This document shows, one piece after another, positions 38,001 to 50,616 of a stretch of DNA of 64,000 bases. The translations under genes were made by a program, and so were the position numbers. Each line of letters begins with the position of its first letter. Within the stretch, counting starts at the first letter, position 1. Source of the stretch: Azolla caroliniana (taxonomy: Eukaryota; Plantae; Polypodiophyta); the NCBI GenBank assembly GCA_043228905.1, contig JBHGNT010000021.1, positions 7,316,001 through 7,380,000 on the forward strand. Direction: 5' to 3'. Below the pieces are notes generated by a model. It ran no database searches and was not told the origin of the DNA. It worked only from the letters and a program-made list of their open reading frames with translations.

Positions 38001-40273
38001 TCCAAGTGTGCCTAGAGAAGTCGTTGATGAAGAGCAGGTAATATCGGCATCCGCCGAATGTAGCCGTCTGCGCCAGTCCCCATACTTTCGGGAATGGGTG
38101 TCAGTGTTGCTTGCCGAATTGGCACGCTTCGCATACACCTTCAATCTCCTTCTCTTTGAATGTCGGGAGTCCGATGACGACTCCTTTCGATTTCATTGAT
38201 TTGAGTTAGTTGAGATTGATGTGGCCGATTCGCTTGTGCCATAGCTCTATGTCGGAGTCGGCTTTCGTGCTCTTTGCGAACATGGCCGATTTCATCTCAT
38301 GTGAGTCGAGAATGAACATTCGGCCCTCTCTTCGTCCAGGTGCGATGAGTCGACCTTCTTTTTCGATGAAGCAACCGCCTTGATTAAATCGAACTTGCAT
38401 CCCTTGCTCTACAATTTGGCTGACGGAGACCAAATTCTTCGTAATGGTCGATACATGCAAGACATTTTTAATGTAATTTTGCTTACCTTCTTTTCCGAAC
38501 GGAACATTGTCGATGTGCCGAATCGGGTGCGTAGAGTCGTCTCCGGTTTCGACATAGCCAGGTTGGTCCGGCTCTCGAAGTTCCCGGAACCATTCTTGAT
38601 GCGATGTCATATGGTTCGAGACACCGGAATTGATGAACCATACGTCTTCCGGACCGGAGGCACTAGTTGAGGTAGCGTCCGACTTAGAGTTTGCTCTATG
38701 TTTCGTCATGAACAATCCGCCACAGTCGAAGTTGTGTGCATACATTTCGCTACGATCTTCGTAGTCGGAGTTGTGCCCGTACATTCCACCACGGTCAGAG
38801 TTGTGTGCATACATTCCGCCACGATCTTCATAGTCGGAGTTGTGCCCGTACATTCTGCTATACTCTTCGTAGTCGGAATTGTGCGCGTAATTCGTGAGTT
38901 GTCGGCTTGTGGAAGACCATTCACGCATCTTCTTTCGGCACTCTTCTTTCGGCACTCTTCTTCGTGGTGGCCGAGCTTTCCGCAATATCCGCATTCGGTT
39001 GCGTTTTGACGGCTCGGGTCGGAGTGGAAGCTCCCCCTTCTTGTGAAGGTTCCTCGTTGGCTTCCGTTTTGCGGCCGAAATTGGGAGTTGTTGTCGTAGG
39101 TCGGACCTCGTCCGCCTTGTCCTTGGCCGAATCGGCCTCTTGCTCGTCCACGTCCTCTCCCTCCGTTCGATTGCGTGTAGAGCATGTGGCCTTCCGACTC
39201 ATTTCTCATTGTACACATGTGGTTTTCTTCGACCAATAGCATTGATTGGAGCTCGAAGAAGGAGGGAGATTTCTTCCGTGCTAGAACGGCGATTCGCATC
39301 GCGCCGAGCCGTGGTGCGAGGCCGCTGAGGCATATTTGAACCATCTCATCATCATCGATATTTACGCTTATTGAGCCGAGCGAATCGCAAAGCTCCTTGA
39401 TCTTTGAGGTGTATGTCGTGATGGACATGTCCCTTTGTTGAATGTTGTTCAACTCTTGGTGGAGTTGAAGCTTCCTCGCGGTCGTGTTGGCGGCGAAAAT
39501 CTTTCGTAGATTTTCCCACGCTTCCTTCGGCGTCTAGGCTTCTCGACTGTAACCGAGCATGTGGTCGTGAACACATGTCGCCAAACAATACATCACGCGG
39601 CTTGTGGCTTGCTCCCATGTTGCGTATCCGGGAGCCGCTTCGGCGGGTCGGTCTTCATGCGCTCCTTTGATGTAGCTCCAATAGCCTTGTCCGACAAGGT
39701 ATTGGTGCATCTTGTACTCCCAAGATGCAAAGTTGTTTCGATCCAACTTCTCGGTAGGGAGAGCGCTCCCCATTTGAGTATTCATTATGTCAATTCTTCT
39801 TCTTCTTCTTCTCTCTTCGAATGCGTGCTATGTGGCGAAGCTACGATAGCGATGAGCCGGTTCTTGGTCGTCGGCGTGGAGCACAACACATGATCACGAT
39901 GAGGCGAATGGGCTAGATTGAGCTACCAAATCGCTCTGATACCATGTAAAGAATCAAGAGATGGATTCTTGTGAAGTGGAATAGGTGTGAACTGTGTGTG
40001 TGTGTGTGTATGAGATAGATAGATAGATAGAGAGAGACACAACATTATACAAGGTGGGAGGAGGGTGCTTTATGTAGTCACCCTCTCTCTTCATTAACTA
40101 CAAGACTCATGGATCGTGGGGAATGTGAAAGCTCATAAGTTATGGATTCTATAACTCATACTAAATGCTAGAATACAAAGTGGTGACTTAATGGTGACTC
40201 TTGACCGTTGGAGTGTCTATTCACTCTCAAGGTGAGTTCACACACTAGACCAAGTTGAGCTTGATTCTCAATA
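34903..40273 (-). mobile_element. Two-LTR Ty1/Copia element, decayed
   Basis: LTRs 34903-35302 (3') and 39945-40273 (5'), 5-bp TSD GTAAC at 34898-34902 and 40274-40278, tRNA-iMet PBS next to 39944. Gag (39785 downward), [50 protein letters not shown] and RH YTDADWAG...KHIEVHYHF are in broken ORFs. Confidence 0.95.
38725..38895 (-). repeat. In-frame 39-bp tandem repeat (YAHNSDYEDRGGM-like) between the Gag knuckle and protease
   Basis: ORF 38206-38994 shows about 5 imperfect units, one of them shortened. Confidence 0.85.
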
Positions 40274-40615
40274 GTAACAATTGGCAACGGTTCGGTTTGA
40301 ACCGAACCGAACCGCGAAATTGCGGCTTTAGAACTTGTCGGTTTAAATGGTTTAGTTTGGTTTCGACAGTTAGAAACTGTGGCTTAAACAATTTAACGGA
40401 TTTTTATTATTTTATTTCTTATTTTAAATTTTTAAACAATCTTTTCATTTTCATGCCTTATTCTTACATTTTAGGAAAATCTTTAAAATTTTAAAAATTT
40501 AAATAATGAAATATTTTAAATTTTAAATTTGACCTAAGCTAAAAACTGAAACCACGGTTTTACCGGTTTAATGGCTTAATGGTTTGAATTTTTTTTTAAT
40601 GGTTCGGTTTAACAG
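40274..40615. mobile_element. Second copy of the hAT-type MITE family, split by Copia at the left end and cut by an LTR at the right
   Basis: TAACAATTGGCAACGGTTCGGTTT matches the 4612-5007 TIR, with a similar AT-rich core. The right TIR is missing. Confidence 0.8.
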
Positions 40616-41090
40616 TGTCGTGGGGAAAACCGGCTACAAGAAGAAACAGAGACCAAAGGTGTGTGAACCGCAACGTGTACGGATGCACGCAAATTATAAA
40701 CTATGCTTGTAAAGAACCTAGGACTAGGCTAGGTCGGCGTGATGTAGGAAACTGTAATGGGACGAATTAAATACATGAATAAATCTAGGCGAATCTCTGT
40801 CTGAAACGGCAGAGATTAACTACTTGATGTAACAACCCTCTCTCTCCTTGGTCCATAAAAGGAGGGAGAGAGGATTGAGTTGGGAATCACGCGATTAGGG
40901 AGAATAAAGTTCTCTCGGACTGGGAACCGAGCACTCGCTCTCTGCCTTCTACTTCATCTTGTTAGCACAGACACCTCTACTCGTGTAGAAAGCCCGCGTG
41001 CTCCCTATAGTATCTTGGTGTATGGGTGTGTGCGTTGTGCGATGAGCTCGTAGCTCAGCCCCGATTGAGCTGGTTGTAATTACTCCGTTT
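40616..41090 (+). mobile_element. Truncated LTR related to the tRNA-Trp Gypsy family
   Basis: Starts TGTCGTGGGGAAAACCG (compare TGTCGTGAAGAAAACCG at 49983) and shares ATAAAAGGAGGGAGA. Confidence 0.65.
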
Positions 41091-41568
41091 CCCGAGGTTC
41101 CACGGCACATGCGACATTGTGAAGATAACCATCGGCTCCACGCACCTGATCTCCTCCGGTGACAATGCGAAGGCCTTCCTGTGCCTCCCGAGCATCCTCT
41201 GAAATCGGTCCTCCTCCGCTGGTAGTAGAAGGCCACCCCCACTGATCTTGAGCTCCCGTAGCATATTGTCGGTGAACCAGTGCCCTATGCTAGCCGAATT
41301 CCGTAAACTTGGGTCTGACATGACCCCCTTCATCCGCTCCTCGCTACCCTCCGGTAAGGATGCCACGACTGGCCTCACCTTCCGGTCCACAATCTTGTAC
41401 CTCGTGTCCACGCGGGCCGTCCGATCCGACTCGACCTTCTCCCTGAAGTCCGCAATGACTTCGTACATTTCCACGAAACTGAACATAATCACTCGATCTT
41501 CACTTCTAGGCCTTCTTTGACAACCTTCCCGATCTCTCCAAGGGTGTCGTCGAATGAGACCGCCTACA
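41090..41568 (-). mobile_element. Pol N-terminal fragment of the same Gypsy family
   Basis: EMYEVIADF..RTARVDTRYKIVDRKVRPV..LKISGGGLLLPAEEDRF aligns by eye with the start of the 57593-60391 ORF. Confidence 0.85.
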
Positions 41569-44500
41569 CCGTACTTCTGTTAGTCCGGATGGACTTGTAT
41601 AAAAGTGTTCACTGAACACATACGATGTACAGATTGAGTAGTATTTTTTGAATTAAGTTTCTGTGTGCTCTCTCTCTGTCTCTCCCGCGTATTGTTAAGC
41701 TCTCCATTAAACCTATTTTCTGTTTTCTGTTTTCTATTGCTTCCGCACACTATTTTATTTCTACATGGTATCAGAGCACGAGGGTTGAGAACCTCTACAG
41801 TCGACACTTGCTTTCGCAAGAAGAAAACCTAACCTTTGTAAAGAACAGAAAAAAAACAAATGGATAGAGGAATGGCTAGCTCGCTCCCGGTGGAGAAGCT
41901 TGACAGATCCAACTACGCATCTTGGTCATACAAGGTGCACTAGTACCTGCTTGGGCATGGTTACTGGAGCTATGTCGACGGAGCTAACGACATAGCACTT
42001 GATGCGGCACACAAGGACTTCGTGATGTGGGAACAATCGACAAGTAGAGTGATGTACTGCTTTGCGTCCAGTGTCAGAGACCAGCTGCTGAACCACATCC
42101 GAGATGCCAAGACGCCGAAAGAGGCTTGGGGAAACCTGAAGAAGGTGTTCACCGCAAGCACTACAACCCGGAAGTTGCAACTCCGACATGAGTTGAGCAA
42201 TGTCCAACAGAAGGAAATGTCGGCGGCTGATTACACGGCCCGAATCAAAGAGATCTGTGACTTGCTTGCCTCTATCAACGTCACTGTAGAGGAAGACGAG
42301 ATGGTACAAGTCTGTCTGGGGGGCCTAGTGTCTAAGTTCCGAGCTTTCCGGACAACAATATGTACGAGGGAGAATACGCCGTCATTTTTCGACTTACAGT
42401 TGATGCTCCTTGTAGAGGAGAACCACGCTGGTGCATCAACAAGTGCACCCACCGACAACCGGATGCTGTACACGGAGGCGGATTGGCCCCATGGGTGTGG
42501 TGGATGAGGGGGGTCGGCACGCAATGGAGGCGGCCGACAAGGGCAAGACCGACGACACAGAGACCGTGCCGACAGCAGTTTCGGGACCTCCACAACCAGG
42601 GGGAGTCAAGGTGGCGCCGGAGGCCGGCAAGACAAATGCGCCACGGCATGCTGGTATTGTGGCAAAAAGGGCCATAGAGAAAGCGAGTGCTAGAAGAAGC
42701 GCGCCGATTCGGACAGATTTGGATCCAGCAAAATTGGTTGGGAGAACCGACAAAGCTCGCTCTACGTGCAATGATTGAGAGGATCCGGAACCGGGAAGAC
42801 TGGTAAGGGGCCAGCCTTGGTGATGAAGCATGAGGCAAATTCGATGAAGAAGACCACTTCCAAATCGGAGGAAGTGTGGTACGTTGATTCCGGTGCATCA
42901 AATCACATGATGAACCACAAAGAGTGGTTCTCCTTCCTGGAGAAACCGGAACAACTGGGAGTTGTCGAAATCGGAGATGACACTCACCCAATTGTGCATA
43001 TCAGTGAAGTCCCTTTGAGCCACGTCAGACATAGGGGGAAGCTGATGAACGTATTACACGTTCCGACTATCACGAAGAACCTGGTGTCGGTCGGATAGAT
43101 AGTCGACCAGGGAATGCAGGTGCGGTTTACGCACCTCGGGTGCTTCATCGAGGAGGAGGGCAAGATTATTGCGCAAGGGCATAGAGACGGGAGGATGTTC
43201 ATCCTCGACACCAATGACGTCGGCACCGCTTTGTTCGCCAAAGGACAGAAGATTGAATCAGACATCGATCTCTGGCACAAGCGGATTGACCACGTCAATT
43301 ACCGGAGGCTTCAAGACCTGCAAACGAAACAAGTTGTTTTCGGTTTGCCAAAGTTCAGTGGCCGGAAGGCCCAAGTATGTGAAGCCTGCCAACTCGGGAA
43401 GCAACATCGGCTTCCATTCCCCACCAAACGAAACCGTAGCCATAACAAGCTCGACCTTATTTATTCGGATGTATGGGGACCGACACAGAACGTGAGTCTT
43501 GGCGGGAGTCGATACTTCGTCTCCTTCATCGACGACTATAGCCGGCACACCTGGATCTACCTCATTGAGAGGAAGAGCGAAGTCTTCGACTGTTTCCGGA
43601 ACCTCCAAAGCATGGTGGAATGGGAATCAGAGAGGAAGATCAAGTGCCCACGGTTAGATGGCGGAAAAGAATATTTTTCCGGCCAATTCAATAGTTATCT
43701 GCAACAAACAGGAATTCAGAGAGAGTTCAACTACAGATACACACCGGAGTGAAACGGTGTGGCCGAAAGGAAGAACCGGTCGCTTGTCGACGCGGCAAGG
43801 GCAATGCTGGAAGAGAAGAGCATGCCCCATTTCTACTGGGCGGAGGTGGTTTGGACGGCCGTCTACATCCAAAACCAGATTGATGACAAGGTGTTCGCGC
43901 ATGAGCTGTATTTTGGGCACAAGCCGAATTTGAGACACCTTCGGATTTTCGGCAGCATAGCATATGTGCATGTGCCGTATGAGAAGCGGAGGAAGCTGGA
44001 TGCAAAATCAGAGAAGTGCATCCTCGTCGGCTACTCACATGAGCAAAAGGGGTATAAGTGTTATAACCCCCAGACGAAGCAGGTCCGAGTTAGCCACGAT
44101 GTTGAGTTTGATGAGACGACATCATGGTATGCCTTATCGGCTTCGACTTCTGACCCTGACCCGATATCAGAGGATGAGGCTAGTGAGCCTGAACCGGTCC
44201 AGATAGAAGATGATTAATCCGGGACTCAAGAAAAGAGTCCGGAATCATTTCGGTTGAGTGGGCCGAACGAGAGATTGGGTCAATCCGACCAGTCAGAAGA
44301 GGAATCAATGAGTACTGAAGACTCTACCGTGCTCTCCCCGCGCAAGGAACCGAGGAGACGGTTCACGCGCAAAGAGAAGGGGAAGAAGAAGATGCCAGAT
44401 TATGTAATCAGTATTGATGAGTTGGATTAGAGCGGATCCGACTCCGGAAAGGAAAATGACGGTTCTTCGGCACCGAAGACCGAACCGGCCAAGAAGGGCC

Positions 44501-45827
44501 TCAAATTGGGTAACGATGGGTTACGCCGGTCAACCCGCCCGAAGGAACCTGTTCAACGGTACGGGTACAATGAGTACATGGCGCATCACTATGCGTACAT
44601 GACCAAGGTGGCGGAAGTGTGTGAGCCAGAGAGCTACGCAGAAGCGGCAAAGGACGCACATTGGCGTGCCGCTATGGAAGAAGAGATGCGGGCACTTGAT
44701 GCCAACGATACATGGGAGCTAGTTGTCCCTCCCCGTCACAGTAAACCGATCGGATGCAAGTGGGTGTAGAAGGTAAAGTACAACGCCGACGGTTCAATTA
44801 ACCAGTACAAGGCCCGGTTAGTGGCAAAGGGATACGCGCAGACCCACGGAATCGACTACGACGAGACCTTCTCTCCAGTAGCGAAGATGACAACGGTTCG
44901 TGTGGTGCTGGCGGTTGCTGCAGCAAGGGAGTGGCATCTTCACCAGATGGACGTGAAGAATGCATTTCTTCAAGGCGATCTAGAAGAAGAGGTCTTTATA
45001 ACCCAACCTCCCGGTTTTCAGTCGGAGATGAATACGTCGGCTGTATGCTGGCTGAAGAAGTCACTTTATGGCCTGAAGCAAGCCACCCTTGGACCAGAAA
45101 CTGAAGTTCTATCCCAACTTTGGACCGGCCTGCGATGAGAAACGGTTCCGACAAATTGTCGGAAGCCTTATATATTTGACCATCACCCGACCCGACATCA
45201 GCTATCCGGTCGGTGTGATTAGTCAATTCATGCAGAAGCCGACCGTCGAGCATCTTCAGTGCACGCACCGAATACTGCGGTATGTGAGCGGCATGAAGGA
45301 TCGGGGACTGTTATACCGGCGAGGTATGACTGAAGAGCTAGTCGGCTACATGGATGCCGACTGGGCCGACAATGCATCAGATCGCCGTTCCACTTCCGGC
45401 TATATGTTTTCCCTTGGTAGCGCGGTTGTTGCATGGAGCAGCAAAAAGCAACCAACAATGGCTCTGTCGAGCACTGAGGCTGAATACCGGGGCGCTACCG
45501 TTGCCACCTCTGAAGCCATTTGGCTTTGGTGACTGCTGCAAGACCTGCGGATTGAGGTGTCGACCCCGATCCTGATCTACTACGACAACATAAGCAACAT
45601 GCAGCTTGCCAAGAACCCCGTATTCCATGCTTGCACAAAGCACATCGAAGTGCACTACCACTTCGTGCGTGAGCGTGTCCTGAGCGGTGAAGTCGAACTT
45701 CGGTATTTTCATACGGTCGGCAAGTTGCCAACATCTTCACGAAACTGCTCGGATCGGACAAGTTGCAGTACTTCACCGAAATGCTTGGTGTTTAGCATCT
45801 CGACGTGCCACACTTGAGGGGGAGAAT
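41568..45827 (+). mobile_element. Decayed Ty1/Copia (partial 5' LTR, PBS 41766, gag-PR-IN-RT-RH), interrupted at its 3' end
   Basis: [81 protein letters not shown] and KHIEVHYHFVRE are present. Many stops and an internal RT deletion near 45088. Confidence 0.92.
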
Positions 45828-46045
45828 TGTCAAGATTCGAACTCTTGACACGACCATGTTATAATCTAGTATTATGAGTTAACCAAGATATCTAGTACTA
45901 GTTATGTATGTAATTGGTCCTTATTATTTTGCTAGCATCATGTGCATAGTTGCTCCCTTGTAGTATTTACACTTGGCACATGCATGCATACCTACATGCT
46001 CTATTGTAGATTCACATGCGTGCAACAAGTATGCATGCCATGTAG

Positions 46046-46193
46046 TATAAATAGAGGAGTTCACCTTGAAGGGATTCAAGGTGAACAACACCAGTTATGG
46101 AGTCTTTCCTTTAATACTATCTTCTTTCTTGTCCATTTGGTTATCTTCTTGCTTGTCTCTTGAGTTTATGATCCGTGACAGTTTGTTCACCTT
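46046..46193 (+). promoter_or_regulatory. LTR TATA box, putative TSS/self-primer and complementary PBS
   Basis: TATAAATA at 46046-46053, AAGGTGAACAA at 46078-46088 and TTGTTCACCTT at 46183-46193, 2 nt after the LTR end. Confidence 0.8.
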
Positions 46194-47219
46194 CCCATCC
46201 TCATAGCTCCCCCTCTCATAAGCCATAGCTATGTCCGACTCAACTAGTGAGTTAGGCCAAATAATGGTAGCCTTACGACAACTACAACTTGAAAATGAAG
46301 CTCTTCGAAATTCTTTACAAGAACTTCAAGTCGGTACCTCCCTATCCTCACAACCCCCGAACCCTAGTCTCACACAACAACCTAGCCTAGAGCCCGATCT
46401 TCTACCAACATCTAGCCTAGCTTCGTCACAGTTTCTTGAGCCTAAGGTTAGCCTCCCAGAAAAATTTGATGGAACGAGGTCGCGTTTCCGAGGGTTCATC
46501 AACCAAGTTCGACTTATCATTCGGCTACAACCTCAACGTTATGGAGATGGTCTTCGACAAGTCGGCCTTGTGGGCACCCTTCTCTCTGGTCCGGCCCAAG
46601 CTTGGTTTGCACCATTGGGAGAAACCTCATCACCTTTATTGGAGGACTTTCCCGCCTTCCTCGCCGAGTTAGAGGCCACATTTGGAGAGACGGACCGACG
46701 ACGTACAACTCTTAACAAGATTTATGCACTCGAACAAGGTTCACGTGCAGCTTCGGTCTACGCTTCCGAATTTCAACAACTAGCATGCGACGTCAATTGG
46801 GATGATCAAGCTTTAGCTGATCACTTTCGGCGCGGTCTTCGAAGCAATGTCAAGAATCTTCTCTTAAACTTTCCGGAGCCCACCTCGTTATCCCAAGCGA
46901 TTTCACAAGCAGTCCATTGTGACAATAGTCTTTTCGAATTTCGCCAAGAAGAGCGCCGGACTTGGGTTCCACCTCATTCACTTCCACGCCACACCCCGGT
47001 CATACAACCCCAAGCATCCTCACACTCACCTACTTCGGCAGATGCTCCTGTCCCCATGGAAATTGATCAAGCCTGATTTCAGCCATTGACTGATGCTGAA
47101 CGACAATTTCAGCGGGCTAATGGCTTGTGCATGTATTGTGGCGCCTCCGGTCATGTCGTTCACCATTGTCCTAGGAGTACTCGCCCACAATTCCATCGAG
47201 CTAACAGACCCCAACATCC

Positions 47220-47270
47220 GGAAAACGACATCGTTCGGTTGCAGTAGGAGCCATGCAACTGGACATCTCC
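47220..47270 (+). other. Putative -1 ribosomal frameshift signal (gag/pol) of the chromovirus
   Basis: G GAA AAC at 47220-47226. Pol is in the -1 frame and open from there. Downstream GTTGCA/TGCAAC forms a stem, with loop GGAG able to pair with CTCC. Confidence 0.65.
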
Positions 47271-50200
47271 CGTCGCCCACATTCTCTTGGTTCCATTGCT
47301 GGACCATCAGGCAATTTCACATTGGAGGTATGGCTTTCATTTAACTCTAGTTCCATTCAGTCTGTTGCTTTACTTGATTCTGGGGCATCTTCTTGCTTCA
47401 TCGACGTCGTGTTTGCCCAAGCACATGGCGTACCTGTCGTTGGCCTCTCAAAACCCATTCCAGTTGAAGCCATCAACGGGTGCGTCCTCTCGTCAGGTAC
47501 AATTACTCAAGTTACAATCCCATTAGGGCTTCGGGTGGGCTCACACCAAGAGGAGCTCACCTTTTACCTCATCGCATCTCCTCGACATCCGATCGTCTTA
47601 GGACTAACGTGGTTGGAGGCGCACAATCCAATAGTGAATTGGTGCAACCACTCGATCACATTTAGCAAGCCAAGATGCTCGTGCAAAAGTATGAAGGTAA
47701 ATTCAGTTTCCTATCCTTCGGAGACGGTCGACTTCGAATTAACTACCCCATCATCCGTCCAGGATGGGTTTGTTTGTGGCGCCATTTCTAACACACTCCA
47801 TGTTATTCCCGAAAAATACCAACACTTCTCCGACATATTTGAAAAATGTAATGCTGATCGGTTGCCTGAAGACCGGCTCTACGACTGTCCGATTGATCTT
47901 TGAGAAGGTGCGTGTCCACCCTTTGGTCCTCTATATGCGTTGTCTGCACCAGAGTTGAAGGCCCTTCGTGTGTATCTCGATGAGAACCTCGAGAAGGGCT
48001 TTATTCAACCTTCTAAGTCACCAGACGGGGCCCCCATTTTATTTGTGAAGAAGAAGGACGGCTCTCTACGCTTATGCGTCGACTACCGAGGTCTCAACAA
48101 ACTCACTATGCGCAATCGCTATCTGCTACCTCTGATCCTTGAACTCCTTGATCGGCTCTGAGTTGCGCGTGTCTTCTCCAAAGTTGATCTGCGTGGAGCG
48201 TACAATCTAGTACGCATCAAGCCGGGGGATGAATGGAAAACCGCATTTCGAACACGGTATGGGCATTTCGAATACAAGGTAATGCCTTTTGGTCTTACCA
48301 ACGCTCCCGCAGTTTTTCAACATATGATGAACGATATTTTCTGGGAATATCTTGATCTTTTTGTTGTCATTTACCTCGATGATATTCTCATTTTCTCGCC
48401 AAACATGGAGGAGCACACTCGCCAAGTCCGATTAGTTCTTGCCAAACTTCGCGAGCATGGCCTTTATGCCAAAGGCGAGAAATGCGAGTTCGACCGTACC
48501 TCGATCGAATTTCTGGGCTACATCATCTCGCCCACTGGCATCACCATGGATATGAAGAAGGTCTCTGTCATTCAGGCGTGGGCGACTCCTAGGCGACTTA
48601 AAGATGTGCAATCCTTCCTCGGCTTCGCGAATTTTTACCGTCGCTTCATCAAGGGGTTTTCCACCCTAGCACAACCTCTTATCGCTCTCACCCATAAAGG
48701 CACTCCATTTTTATGGACCTCGGAGGCACAAAATGCATTCGACTCACTCAAACACACATTCATCACTGCCCCGGTGTTGCTACATGCCGACCCCACAAAA
48801 CCCTTCCAAGTCGAAACCGATGCCTCTGACTTTGCCATTGGCGCCATCTTATCCCAAGCAGACGACAACAACCAAATGCACCCAGTGGCTTACTATTCCC
48901 GAAAATTTACGGCATCTGAAATCAATTATCCCATTTACGACAAGGAGCTTGCTGCTATCATTGCTGCCTTTGAAGAATGGTGACCCTACTTGGCCGGCGC
49001 ACAACATCGTGTCCAGGTAGTGACTGATCATAAAAATTTAGTTTATTTTTTCACCACTCGTACTTTGAATCGAAGGCAGGCCCGTTGGTCGACATTTCTC
49101 GCCGACTACGATTTTGAGATCGTATTTCGACTTGGTGGCCAACATGGGAAGGCTGATGCCCTTTCTCGCCGAGCTGACCTTGCACTCCGCCTTGGGGATG
49201 CTACTTATGCTCAACAATCTAGATGTTTGTTGAAACCCGACCAATTGCATCTGTTTGCCACTTGTATGTTGTAGGATGATTCTTTACTCCAACAAATCAC
49301 TGATGCATCCAAGACCGATGCGTTCGCCAACGAGATTCGAGATAGTCTGCAAAACCCCTCCAAGGCGACCAAAAGGAAGGATCTTGACACCTTCACCATA
49401 CAAGAGGGTTTGTTGTTCCAAGATCATCTCTTGTACGTCCCAGAGGGCCCATGTTGCACCCAGGTGTTGCGGGAATGCCACGATGACCCACTTGCAGGTC
49501 ATTTCGGGGTCGCGAAAACCCTCGAGCTAATCTCTCGGGGATATTGGTGGCCACAACCATGGAAGCTGGTCAAAGAATACATAAAGAGTTGTGAGGTTTG
49601 TGCTCGCTCCAAAGCCATTCATCATCGGCCATACGGCTTACTACAGCCGCTTCCATGTCCTCGTCGTCCTTGGGCCTCTATCTCTATGGACCTGATAATT
49701 GATCTACCCTTGGTCAATAGCTATGACTCGGTGTTGGTCGTTGTCGATCGGTTTACAAAGATGGCTCACTTCACTCCATGCTCCAAAACCATTTCCGGAG
49801 AAGGAATGGTGCAACTCCTACTCAACAATGTAGTACGCTTGCATGGACTCCCCGATGATGTCATCTCGGATCGCGGACCCCAGTTTGTCTCTCACTTCTG
49901 GCAGCGCCTGCTACAAACTTTAGGCATCTCTGTCAAGTTGTCCTCCGCTTATCACCCCCAAACTGATGGGCAAACGGATCGTTGTCGTGAAGAAAACCGT
50001 CCACAAGCGGAATCGGTGCACCGGAGCGTAGGAACCGGCTCTTCGTGCACATGCGCCTTATGTTGTACATAGAAGATCCTAGGCAGGTAGATTCGGTAGG
50101 TAGGGAAACGGCTCCTTCCTTACCTATAAAAGGAGGGAGACGAGGAGGGGCGAAGGATCGCAGAGAGTGGAGGACGAAGTGTTGTCGGTTCGTGGGCGAA

Positions 50201-50598
50201 GGCTTCTCTCTCTCTCTGGTTCGCAAACTCCATAGGTTCCTTCTGTGCAGGTTTCGGGAGGCTCGCGCTGCTCTGAGGAATGCCCGAGTGCTTCTGGCAG
50301 CACCTCAAACCTACTCCTTCCTTTCTGTGCGTTTACGAACAGGTATCGGCATCTGTTCGCCGGTCTGTTCGGTTGTAACCGACTTCGTGTTTTGTTGTCT
50401 GTCTTTGTTAATACATACATACATTCGTGTCTCTCTGTGTCGCTGTCCCACTCGCGCCTTTGTGTCGAAGGGCCGTGTCCCTGTGAATCTACTCTCGCAC
50501 GTAGTGGGTCTCTTCTCCTTTCTCTCTTGCTCTTCGGTACAGGACCCCCGAGGTCCCGCCTCATTCCACGCATCCGTGAGGAAAAACCTCGACATCTT

Positions 50599-50616
50599 TG
50601 GTGAACCCGACGTGAA
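50599..50616 (+). other. Primer-binding site complementary to the tRNA-Trp 3' end
   Basis: TGGTGAACCCGACGTGAA is the reverse complement of ...TTCACGTCGGGTTCACCA, as recalled for plant cytosolic tRNA-Trp. It is identical in the inner copy (62631-62648, -). Confidence 0.8.

Noticed and set aside
45816-45827. GAGGGGGAGAA followed by TGT read as the Copia PPT plus 3' LTR
   Set aside because: The following LTR does not match the Copia 5' LTR remnant and leads into chromovirus gag, so it is a nested insertion at the end of pol.
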